64,000 nucleotides of DNA from Pecten maximus (lineage: Eukaryota): positions 42,160,001 through 42,224,000 of the forward strand of contig NC_047019.1 in the NCBI RefSeq assembly GCF_902652985.1. The letters are read 5' to 3'. Each line of letters starts with the position of its first letter. Within the stretch, counting starts at the first letter, position 1. This document shows, piece after piece, positions 1-12,093 of the stretch. The notes below the pieces were generated by a model. That model had not been told where the DNA came from. It was given only the letters and a program-made list of their open reading frames with translations, and did no database searches. The translations under genes and the position numbers were made by a program.

Positions 1-1069
1 ACCTAAGAAAAAATATCAATTTTGGACTTTGTCCACGGTTGATCATTTTTTCTTAGGTAGATATTACCATATATCAACCTTATCAAAATGCTGTAATTGT
101 ATAATATATATATTTATATCAGAGATTGAAAAATTCTGCATAGCATTGGAACAATTGTACTGATAGATCTATTTCTATTATTTTTTGCATGTTGAGATGT
201 AAATTGACTTTTGATATTAATTTTTTCGCTGCAGAGACATATGATGTCATTAATTTATGACATCACCAAAGAGTTATAACACATGTTCATATGTTGTATG
301 GTATTTAAATACAGGTGAATTATAACATACAGCAGGCCGTCCCATGACAAGGTCGGTAAGGAGGCGGTGGGGGCAGTTATATGTGATAATTAAAAATGAA
401 GAAATAGTTTTAAATTGAAGTTGAATGCTTTGGTCATTCCTTGACACTGACATTTAATATATTTGACTGATTTAAATTAGTTTTGAAATGTTTGGCTCGT
501 GACACACTTGGTCCATGGTCAATATTATCAGTGATGTATGTATGTCCAGTTTGACCACCTGGTGCCATATCTGGACAGTGTATACATATACCAGGGACTG
601 TTTAGCCCAGAGCTGTAAAAGCTACATTTTCACCTTTCTCTCTATAGAAATCAGAGGAATGCAAGGAATTTAAAGATTGGTATCTTGTATAAGGTTTGTC
701 AACATTGTTCAACTGTGTTTGATTCTAAGCCTATGTAGTTATATAATTAGGAGATAGATAAAAGAAAGAACAATATTGCTTAAAATTTGTAAGTCATTGT
801 CCAGATTGCATCATACAATGTATAATGTACAGAATAATAGAATTCAAAGAAAGTTGTTAAAATGGCTTAAAAGTATAATTTTGTCACATCCAGGAGAGTA
901 AAAAGCTTACTAGGACTAGGAATTTCGGACAATCTTAAGTTGTTTCAAAAAGGGAAATTGAGTTTTAGACAGTATGTCATAGTTACACATTACGTAACTT
1001 TGAAGACAAATATTAGCTACATAAAATTAAATACATTCTGCATAAGGAACAGGTACATTTTGTATTTGT

Positions 1070-1582
1070 TACCATGGTTAGTTGATGTGTTGCCAGTAAC
1101 CATGGTTAGTTGATGTGTTGCCAGTAACCATGGTTAGTTGATGTGTTGCCAGTAACCATGGTTAGTTGATGTGTTGCCAGTAACCATGGTTAGTTGATGT
1201 GTTGCCAGTAACCATGGTTAGTTGACGTGTTGCCAGTAACCATGGTTAGTTGACGTGTTGCCAGTAACCATGGTTAGTTGACGTGTTGCCAGTAACCATG
1301 GTTAGTTGACGTGTTGCCAGTAACCATGGTTAGTTGACGTGTTGCCAGTAACCATGGTTAGTTGATGTGTTGCCAGTAACCATGGTTAGTTGATGTGTTG
1401 CCAGTAACCATGGTTAGTTGATGTGTTGCCAGTAACCATGGTTAGTTGACACATTGCCAGTAACCATGGTTAGTTGACATGTTGCCAGTAACCATGGTTA
1501 GTTGACACATTGCCAGTAACCAGGTGAGGAGTTGCCAGTAACTATAGTTAGTTGACATGTTGCACGTAACCATGGTTAGTTG
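1070..1582. repeat. 28-bp minisatellite (~17 copies)
   Basis: Unit accatggttagttga(t/c)gtgttgccagta; contains palindrome TAACCATGGTTA. Confidence 0.95.
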
Positions 1583-2823
1583 TATTTGCTGTCTATGACA
1601 ATTGACCATGGTTATGATGGGTTGTTAATTCAGGTGAAATTGAAAACCTAGTTATCCAGGAGATATATAGGACTGATGATTTTGATAGAGCTATTATTGA
1701 GGATAGAAATTAAAGCTGAGAGATCGAGAAGTCACTATACAGTAGATATCATGAGATGGTGTTCCATTAGTATTTCTTTACTTTTTTTTTCTTGACTTTG
1801 TTTAATTTTTTGTAACCCATGTTTGTAACCAATTTTTTATAAAGTTTGACATGTTGCCAAACTATTTTATGTTTCCTCACAAAAAAATAAAGTTTTGACA
1901 TTCCCTGTCAACAAATTAGGGTGTGACAGATTGATTGTCATGGGTACAGATGTACTCTAGTGATTTTCAAAATTTTGTCAAAATAGGATGTAAAAGAAAA
2001 AATATTGATAAAATTGAATAACAAATATTTCAATAAGAAAGAGATGTCAATATTAGTATTTATGAATATTACAGTTAATTATTCAAGCTGTTTCAAGCGT
2101 ATGCATATTATTTTCATTATTTAATTGTTTTTGATATAAAATTCTATTTACCACAGACATTGTATAAGAAAGTGTACTCATGTACTCACTCAAAGTTAAA
2201 CGGATATTTCAATATGTATTTCTTTTTTTTTTTATGTAGAAGTGTTTTAATTTTCTATCAATTAATGGTTTTATATTTTATAATCTACTGAAAGATAGTC
2301 TGTTATGTGTTTGGTGATCATGGGGCAGGAGACCGTATGTTTGAAATCCAACCCAAGTGGATTTAAAGAAGAGTTCTAGATCTATATTACAGTAATTAAA
2401 AACTTGTTTATAAGGATGACCAGAGGAACTAGTTTGTCATATCCAAAATTCATTTACAGGATTTTATAATGAATAATTTTTTATAAGGTTAAGCCAGATT
2501 CAGGGATTTTAACTTACTTTGTAAAAAGCAGAATTTTTATCAGGTCTGTTAATCTTAAAAAAAGTTTTTACTCTATATTTATAATATATATAAACCAACT
2601 GACTGATTTCCTGATTTTTATAAGACAGATCAACTAACAAGTCCATGGGTTCTGATCAGCTTACTTAGATTGTATCCATAATTTACAACTAACCTGAAAA
2701 TCATCCTGTACATTGTACCTGAAAATTATATATTTTGTATGTTTAAAAAGTTATACAAGGTTACACATTTTGCAATAATCATAATTTAAGACTACTATCT
2801 AGTACCCAATGTAACTATACATC

Positions 2824-3853
2824 AAGCCTGGTTACCTTCCCTACTAGTACCCACTCCTATTGTCTGTATATGAAGCCTGGTTACCTTCCCTACTAGTACC
2901 CACTCTCACTATTGTCTGTATATGAAGCCTTGTTACCTTCCCTACTAGTACCCACTACTACTATTGTCTGTACATGAAGCCTGGTTTCCTTCCCTACTAG
3001 TACCCACTCCTATTGTCTGTATATGAAGCCTGGTTACCTTCCCTACTAGTACCCACTCTCACTATTGTCTGTATATGAAGCCTTGTTACCTTCCCTACTA
3101 GTACCCACTCTCACTATTGTCTGTACATGAAGCCTGGTTACCTTCCCTACTAGTACCCACTCCTATTGTCTGTACATGAGGCCTGGTTACCTTCCCTACT
3201 AGTACCCACTCCTACTATTGTCTGTATATGAAGCCTGGTTACCTTCCCTACTAGTACCCACTCTCACTATTGTCTGTACATGAGGCCTGGTTACCTTCCC
3301 TACTAGTACCCACTCTCACTATTGTCTGTATATGAAGCCTGGTTACCTTCCCTACTAGTACCCACTCCTACTATTGTCTGTACAGTAGCCTGGTTACCTT
3401 CCCTACTAGTACCCACTCCTATTGTCTGTACATGAGGCCTGGTTACCTTCCCTACTAGTACCCACTCCTACTATTGTCTGTACAGTAGCCTGGTTACCTT
3501 CCCTACTAGTACCCACTCCTATTGTCTGTATATGAAGCCTGGTTACCTTCCCTACTAGTACCAACTCCTATTGTCTGTATATGAAACCTGGTTACCTTCC
3601 CTACTAGTACCCACTCTCACTATTGTCTGTACATGAAGCCTGGTTACCTTCCCTACTAGTACCCATTTTTACTATTGTCTGTATATGAAGCCTGGTTACC
3701 TTCCCTACTAGTACCCACTACTATTGTCTGTATATGAAGCCTGGTTACCTTCCCTACTAGTACCCACTCCTACTATTGTCTGTACAGTAGCCTGGTTACC
3801 TTCCCTACTAGTACCATCTGTAACTATTGTCTGTACATAAAGCCTGGTTACCG
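2824..3853. repeat. 49/52-bp minisatellite (~20 copies)
   Basis: Unit aagcctggttaccttccctactagtacccactc(ct/tcact)attgtctgta(t/c)atg. Confidence 0.95.
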
Positions 3854-3974
3854 TATCTATCAGATCAATACCTTGAGTAGGGGATGGGTTTATTTGACCC
3901 CCCCCCCCCCCCTTTAACTGATCAGAGCAAAGTATATACAAGCCAGGAAGTCATGGTGTTTTGATAAGAAATTC

Positions 3975-4262
3975 AACCCCCAGCCCCACCTTTTCCTTCT
4001 CCATCCTCCCTCTATTCTGGAGCCCACTCCTCCCCCCTTGGGACCCAACACTTCCTCCCATTCCTGGACCCCACTCTCCCCTCTAACCTCAGGAGTCCAT
4101 TCTTACCTACAACCTCTGGATCCCACTCTTCCCCTTCCCACCCTGGGACTCCCCTCTCCCTCCTTGGGATTCCTCCACCTCCCCACCCCCTTCCCACCAT
4201 CGGACTACCCTCTCTCTTCTTGGGATTCCTCCACATCCCCCACCCCCTTCCCACCTCCATCC
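3975..4262. repeat. C-rich/pyrimidine-rich low-complexity tract
   Basis: Dense CCC/CCCC runs, with an internal duplicate of cttgggattcctccac...ccccacccccttcccacc. Confidence 0.8.
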
Positions 4263-5238
4263 ATTTGTAAAATCCTGCTTGGTCTCTCATGATCAGCTGG
4301 TTATTACAGAACAAAGTATTGTAGTGGACATTCCATGCACCAGTCTTGATCGATTTGTTATCAGAATGATAGATTATCAGTCAACAAGCAGAGTGCCATA
4401 TATAGAGAATTTACTCAATGAAATCCTGTAACTAAAGGCCTTTATTTGACATGAGTGGCCTGATGTTCATGTAGACAATGAATCACCCAATACAGGTATA
4501 ATGGGGAGGGGGGCTCTTTCTGTAAAAAGAGGGATAGTATTTACCTGAATATGTACATGTACATAGAATATAAATGTATCCAGGAATGTGAAATTGTTAT
4601 AGCAGTCCTATATATTCTGTATCTATATATGCAGGTTTTTTTTCTGGAGGCTTTTCGGGACTGATTATTGGGCCCCGATTCCCAATTATTTCATATTTAA
4701 GACAAATTCCCCAAAATTGCATTTTCCGCTTGAAACTGTCCTTCCCATTTCTCTAATTTTCTTTGATTCCCAAAATGAGACAAAAAGACCCCATCCCAAA
4801 TCAGTGTAAAAAAAAACATGGAATGTTGTGGACTGTGAAGGTGAGCTTGCATTGGTTAGTGGTTATGATTAGATTTGCGTCCATGTAACATCAAGGTAAA
4901 GATTTGAGGTGCGTGGTTTGTGGCTTAAGTTTTCCTAGTCTATATATGTAAACAGGAAGTAAGTTGGTTGTCAAGGCAATGAAGACAGGAAGTAGCTTGG
5001 TTGTCTTCTCTATGTAGGCTAGGAGTGACTTAGTTTTCTAGTCTTATATGTAGACAGGAAGTAAGTTGGTTATTTGTCTTCTCTATGTAGGCTAGAAATG
5101 ATTTAGTTTTCTTCTCTATGTGGAAAGTAGGGGCTTGGTTTTCTTCTCTATGTAGACAGGAAGTAGGTTGGTGGTTGTTCAGAAAACGAAAATAGTTTGG
5201 TTGTCCATATTCTATGTAGATATTAAATAAAAAACGAA

Positions 5239-6650
5239 GCTTGGTTGTGTAGTCTATATTGACAGGAAATAGCCTGTGTGTCTAGTCTATATAGACAGGA
5301 AGTAGCCTGGTTGTCTAGTCTATATAGACAGGAAGTAGCCTGTTTGTCTAGTCTATATAGACAGGAAGTAGCCTGTTTGTCTAGTCTATATAGACACGAA
5401 GAAGCCTGTTTGTCTAGTCTATATAGACAGGAAGTAGCCTGTGTGTCCAGTATATATATACAGGAAGTAGCCTGGTTGTCTAGTCTATATAGACAGGAAG
5501 TAGCCTGGTTGTCTAGCCTATATAGACAAGAAGTAGCCTGTGTGTCTAGTCTATATAGACATGAAGAAGCCTGTTTGTCTAGTCTATATAGACAGGAAGT
5601 AGCCTGGTTGTCTAGTCTATATAGACAGTAAGTAGCCTGTTTGTCTAGTCTATATAGACAGGAAGTAGCCTGGTTGTCTAGTCTATATAGACAGGAAGAA
5701 GCCTGTTTGTCTAGTCTATATAGACAGGAAGTAGCCTGGTTGTCTAGTCTATATAGACAGGAAGTAGCCAGTTTGTCTAGTTATATAGACAGGAAGTAGC
5801 CTGTTTGTCTAGTCTATATAGACAGGAAGTAGCCTGGTTGTCTAGACTATATAGACATGAAGAAGCCTGTTTGTCTAGTCTATATACACAGGAAGTAGCC
5901 AGTTTGTCTAGTATATATAGACAGGAAGTAGCCTGGTTGTCTAGTCTATATAGACAGGAAGTAGCCTGGTTGTCTAGTCTATATAGACAGTTAGTAGCCA
6001 GTTTGTCTAGTCTATATAGACAGGAAGTAGCCAGTTTGTCTAGTCTATATAGAAAGGAAGTAGCCAGTTTGTCTAGTCTATATAGAAAGGAAGTAGCCTG
6101 GTTGTCTAGTCTATATAGACATGAAGAAGCATGTTTGTCTAGTCTATATAGACAGGAAGTAGCCAGGTTGTCTAGTCTATATAGACAGGAAGTAGCCTGG
6201 TTGTCTAGTATTTATAGACAGGAAGTAGCCTGGTTGTCTAGTCTATATAGACATTAAGTAGCCAGTTTGTCTAGTCTATAGACAGGAAGTAGCCTGGTTG
6301 TCTAGTCTATATAGACAGGAAGTAGCCTGGTTGTCTAGTATATATAGAAAGGAAGTAGCCTGGTTGTCTAGTCTATATAGACATAAAGAAGCATGTTTGT
6401 CTAGTCTATATAGACAGGAAGTAGCCAGGTTGTCTAGTCTATATAGACAGGAAGTAGCCTGGTTGTCTAGTATTTATAGACAGGAAGTAGCCTGGTTGTC
6501 TAGTCTATATAGACATTAAGTAGCCAGTTTGTCTAGTCTATAGACAGGAAGTAGCCTGGTTGTCTAGTCTATATAGACAGGAAGTAGCCTGGTTGTCTTG
6601 TATATATAGACAGGAAGTAGCCTGGTTGTCTAGTATATATAGACCGGAAG
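5239..6650. repeat. 33-bp minisatellite (~43 copies) with degenerate flanks (~4930-7100)
   Basis: Unit gtctagtctatatagacaggaagtagcctggtt; explains the SSLYRQEVAWL ORFs. Confidence 0.95.
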
Positions 6651-9160
6651 TGGTTTGCATTGGGTTGTCTAGATAGGAATTAACTTGGTTGTCCACTCTG
6701 TATGAACAAGAAGTAGCTTGGTTGTCTAGCCTTTAAACATGGAAGGTAGCTTACGTTGCATTTGTTCCATGCCTAATTTAAGTATACAGGATGTAGCTTT
6801 AGTTCTTTGGGTCTTGAAAGACAAAGTAGCTTTGATTTAGTTATACGGAGTCTTTGTCTAAGCCAAAATACACAGGAAGTAACATTGGTTTCCAAGTCTT
6901 TGTTGACAGGAAGTAACATTGGTTGTACTTGTATTGCCAATATACACCGGAAGTTACTTTGGTTACCAAGTCTTTATTGACAGGAAGTAACATTGGTTGT
7001 ACTTGTATTGCCAATATACACCGGAAGTAACTTTGGTTACCAAGTCTTTGTTGATAGGAAGTACTTTTGGATGTAAAATCTGCAAATATGTAGACAGGAA
7101 ATAGTGTTAGCTGTTATGTATACACATCATACTGTATGTTTACAAAAACTTGTCTTGATGATGAATTCAGTATCAGGAAGCAGAAAAAGATGAGATATTA
7201 CTTTGTTAGCATAGCCAAGATATGATCTCATTGTAAACAGGAAGTAATCCAACAGCTGGTTCTTCATACAAAGTCTAACAAAAGAAGAATTGAACTGTTT
7301 CTGGTTGTATGTGGAATAATCAGTGAATCATTCTCGTTCAAGTTGTCTTCAACTGAGAAGTATACATATTTTTTTGGAAATTTTAAATTTTAATCCCTAT
7401 GGATTAGATATATGCGATGGTAATCTTTTGTCACTTGGTTGGGTATTATCATCTTGTGGCCTATGGTCTTGGCCTGATAGGAGAGTTGCCCCCTTGCACA
7501 CCTTGCCAAAATCAGGGAGGTTGATAATTGGTCCCTCACGAGTTTTGCCCTACAGGTGTACAGGGATGTATTTGGTGGAAGGTCCTGTCAGAGTGGAGCC
7601 ACTCGCATGTGTATAGATCTGCTGTAGTACATGCTGACTCAGTCCCTAAACTGCCACCGCTAATTAATAGGGGGACTAGACGGGGCTAGCCATTGTTTTC
7701 TGTGCACCTACAGGTACACATGTACATATACTTTTTCTGGTATGGACGTGTACTGGAGGAATGCTATAGAGATGTCTTCAGTAGTGTATTCATTCCCAGA
7801 CATCATGCGTCTTCCCTACTCCCACCTCATGCTCTTGAGAACAAATTTGAGCAGCATGTACAATTATCATTTTAACATGATCAAGTTTGCTTTATACTGT
7901 GTATATGAATGTCTTCACAACCAAAACATTGGGAGTGTTTGCCAACAAAGACTAGCACTGTTTATGAGCTGGACCCCAGGAACTGACACCCTCTCACAAC
8001 CAATAACGGTTTTCTTTACCTTCAGTTTGACTGCAAGGTAGCAACTCAAGGTCATTGGAAAGTTTATTCTGGTTGTGGTTAGTACTAGGAGTTAAGGTCA
8101 TTGTGACCAAAGCATTAAGGTCACACATAGGTCAAAGGTCATGATGACAGGCTTGTGTCTGTCCAAGGAATGGAAAGGTTTTGTTATATTTCTCCTGTCC
8201 TCTCCTAATTTAACTCCTAAATTTTTACTTAGATTCTTCAGAATGGACTTGTTTTGTATTCATTGTTATCTACATATGTAAGTACATGTACATTTATGTG
8301 AGACAAGTTGTATATATTAACCTATAAAATATGCAGATGAATTTTACTAGCTACTAAATGTTGATTGGTCCACAAGAAGAACAGTAATCAGTGAGCCAGT
8401 AACCTAGCTGACAGGTAGATATCCCATCATAAACCTGATAGCTCATAATAGAAAGGTCAAAGTCATAATTATGACAAAATGAAAGTCTGAAATGTTGTTT
8501 ACAATAGTAGCATACCTAGATAATGTCTACCCACCCTGTTTCTGACTGATGGACTGGTTCGTCCTGTAGTGTTGATATGGTTGGAAGTGGAGCAGAGGGA
8601 GGGACAGGTTACAGACGTGGCCTCTAAAGGTTGAGGTGCCCCTTGGTTGAGCTGAAGCTATGTGAGATATATATATTTAAATTATATAGTTGGAATGCCT
8701 GGGAAATAACACTTGTGTTATGTACTGAATATGTAGTTTAAATGCTGTTTGTTGGTATGGCGTATAATGTATTGGAATTCGTCTGACTGGCTACACTTGA
8801 CTGCACAAAGGAGTTTATGATATTTGTATGAATTATTGAGTGTATGTAAGACTAGGAGCATCTTCAATACAGGTGTATATATACCCTGGTCCAGGAAGCA
8901 AGTAACATTACTTACACTACATGTATCTCTGACTCATAGATGCATATGTTTGTAAATGGCAACCTGTATGCTCAAGTTTCTTTAAATACAGGTAAATTTC
9001 TTTTGTCCTTGGCTGTACAAGGAGGACATCTTGTTAAAAGTGAATGATTTATGTTTGTAAAGTTCTTCAAATTTACAAATGCTTGAAATTAAGCAATTAT
9101 GATATTACAGGTCTCTGTTGAACATTGTCCCCTACCAGATTACTCACGAACCTGTGTTGG

Positions 9161-9179
9161 TAGTGCCCCCTGGTGGTGA
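9161..9179 (-). promoter_or_regulatory. CTCF-like binding motif
   Basis: Reverse complement TCACCACCAGGGGGCACTA matches the CTCF core CCAC(C/T)AG(A/G)GGGC(A/G)C. Confidence 0.5.
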
Positions 9180-10763
9180 GGGGTTACATATTTGATGGTT
9201 ATGTTAATGCATTAGATAAAACAAATATGTTCCAAAAGTCATATTCTATAAACAGAATCAGTGCAATTTATTAATTTAGAGAGAAATGTTGATGGGTAGT
9301 ATGTTTTTATGGTTTTTTTTTTATGTTTTTTTGTTTTGTTTTTATTTTGGTGTGTGTTTATGGTATGGACATACAGATCAGGAATCACATGATCAGTTTC
9401 ATTACCTATGTGAAATGAACTTTCAAAAGCACTGAAAATCATGTGTATACACCTTAATATCAGGATATAGAATTTAATTTCTATCACAAAATATCATGAA
9501 TATTCATATTGGATGGATTATTTGCATAACAGATATGTCAAAGACTGTATATATATAGGTGAATGATATGTATACCACATATGTGCCAAGAATATCTTTA
9601 GGCCCGTCTCATCGCTCATGTTTTTTTATCTTGATAATTTTTTTAAACACCTTGAATACATGTGTTGTCAGAGAAGATAAGAATCTCTTGTGTCAATAAG
9701 CACACAGAATAATGCTGAATATGTGCCTTATACGTGTAGGTAATTGTAGAGGTTAGGAACTTAAAACATGATTTAGAACTTTTGATTTTCTATGCAATAT
9801 TGTTAGATTAATTTTATAAAATGGATGTTTAAATCAGTGTTATGTGTGGTGTGTGTATACCACTGTTTGTCATGAAACAGTCCATAAAATCATACATGCT
9901 ACGTACACCTCTAGATTGTAAGCTTTTCCAACCGTCTGATCATGAGCAACGCTTGTTTAATGTTGAAACTGACATGGAAAGAATGTATAAACAGCGACAG
10001 ACGTATACATATACCGATCAGCAGGTAGATTGGGAAGTAAGATTGTAATGCGAGAATGTTTGAAGATTTCTGTGAATAATGCCCCTGCTATTAACGGTGC
10101 ATTTGTTGAGTGATAGTGAAGTAGCAATATTGAATGGAATTGTTGTCCTTGTGAGATTCGTGAGGTCACTTTTATCGGTGGTTGTACTGTATGATGACGT
10201 GTGTGTTGGTTGACAATTACACCTCAGCTCCACCACATACCTGAGGTATAGACTATGATAAGCTGAATGTCTGCTACTTGATAAGTGGACAAATGTACAA
10301 GTGGACAGATAGAGAAAGGCTTCGCTGGTATACCCAGTATTGTACTTGTCAATTCTGTGCGTAACACGTCTCCATACCTGTGGATTAGATTTCACCTCAC
10401 CTGTCCCGAGGATGGGCCGAGGGGAAGCCATGTTTGTGTGCTGGTGTATACCTGACAGTTGGCAGGCTTTGGTGTAAGCTGAAATCTACCTGGAAATTGT
10501 ATTTCTGCAAAATTTCTCAGTTTGTCAGAGCCTACACATGCTGTAATGTGTACAGGTGTGATGGCGTAACTACACCTGTATATTATACTGTTGTTTGATA
10601 GCCGTATATGAACTATCAACCTGGTAGTTTGTGTCACCTTAAAATATGGCTGAATTTTTACTTTTACATCGTTATGCTGTAGCTGACAAACTTATGTGAC
10701 GTGGATTGACCTATTTCCTTACTTGGATTTAATATTTTTGTGAGTTTTTTGTGAAGTTTGATC

Positions 10764-10823
10764 ATGTTTAAGCGACGTTTCATAACAGCTGCACAGATGG
10801 AGGACCTTCGTCAGAGACAGATG
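10764..10823 (+). CDS. Candidate alternative first coding exon of LATS/Warts (MFKRRFITAAQMEDLRQRQM)
   Basis: ATG at 10764 with A at -3 and an in-frame upstream TGA (10752-10754). 20 open codons end at a consensus donor ATG|GTGAGT. The phase-0 end matches the phase-0 start of the 32550 microexon. No homology evidence. Confidence 0.4.
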
Positions 10824-11500
10824 GTGAGTTGGTATATATAACGGGGATACCTGTGGATGACATTACCTGCAATTATTATAATTCGTGTTCGATTACCTCT
10901 AATATCTATCTATATATATTCACAGTTCAACACTTGCTACCACAAAAATCAATTGATATCACCAGTATTTGCCATCACACATCAAATTTCCTGTTCTGTG
11001 TGTGTACTGATACAGTGTGTACATGTGTATACGGCCACACATGTGTTTACCCTAAGGTCACACTCTATATTGTATGGGCTGGATTTATATTGATATACAT
11101 TTTATTAGGGAAGGTACAAATACACTTCCCTTAAATGATTTCACTCTCTTTGAAAAGTATTCAACAAGAATATATCGGACAGCTGTCAGGCTGTCTCTCC
11201 TAACTAAAGCGTGTGTTGTTTTCCAAAAAAAAAGAAAAAAATTCAATGTCTTTTAAATTTTACATTGCTAAATTTGTAACTTCCTGGAAGAAATAAACAG
11301 CACTGAAGTGGGAACAAACATTTGACATGACAATGACCACTCCTGGTTTATAAGGTTAAAGGTCACTCACACAATGCCCTGATGGGCTCCTTATTTTGGT
11401 CAAACAAGGTCATGTTAAGACTGTGATGTTGTTGTCCTTTGGAAGCCTCATTAGAGGGCTAAGGTTGACCAACTGTTGAGTTACAATGTTGTTTGATATG

Positions 11501-11813
11501 GTGGCAGTGGACAGGACAGCCACTGTAGACAGCCACTGTAGTGGCGGTGGACAGGACAGCCACTGTAGTGGCAGTGGACAGGACAGCCACTGTACATGTA
11601 GTGGCGGTGGACAGGACAGCCACTACAGACAGCCACTGTAGTGGCAGTGGACAGGACAGCCACTACAGACAGCCACTGTAGTGGCAGTGGACAGGACAGC
11701 CACTACAGACAGCCACTGTAGTGGCGGTGGACGGGACAGCCACTGTAGTGGCGGTGGACAGGACAGCCACTGTAGACAGCCACTGTAGTGGCGGTGGACG
11801 GGACAGCCACTGT
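11501..11813. repeat. GC-rich 28/40-bp minisatellite (~9 copies)
   Basis: Unit gtggc(a/g)gtggacaggacagccactgta, with an optional (ca)gacagccactgta extension. Confidence 0.92.
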
Positions 11814-12093
11814 ATATAGGGTTAGGAAACAGTTCAGACTTACTTGTGTTGTGCAGCAGTGTACATGTATATGTATAGTATAAATAACAAATTCCTGCTC
11901 CACAATAGTTTTATATCCTGCACATTTGTCCATGCGTCTCAAAGGGTTCTAATGTCTCTAGTTTGTCAAATGTATCATCAATAAGGAACAGGTGCAAAAG
12001 CGTAATGCCAAAGGTCATGGTCACTTTGATAAATCAACATTAAGGTCACTAGGTCCTAATAAATTTGATTTCTCAGTCAAGCTCACTACCTAT

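Noticed and set aside
4012-4314. ORFs on both strands in the C-rich tract
   Set aside because: Low-complexity, stop-poor sequence.
5278-6519. SSLYRQEVAWL repeat ORFs
   Set aside because: 33-bp satellite with scattered stops and indels.
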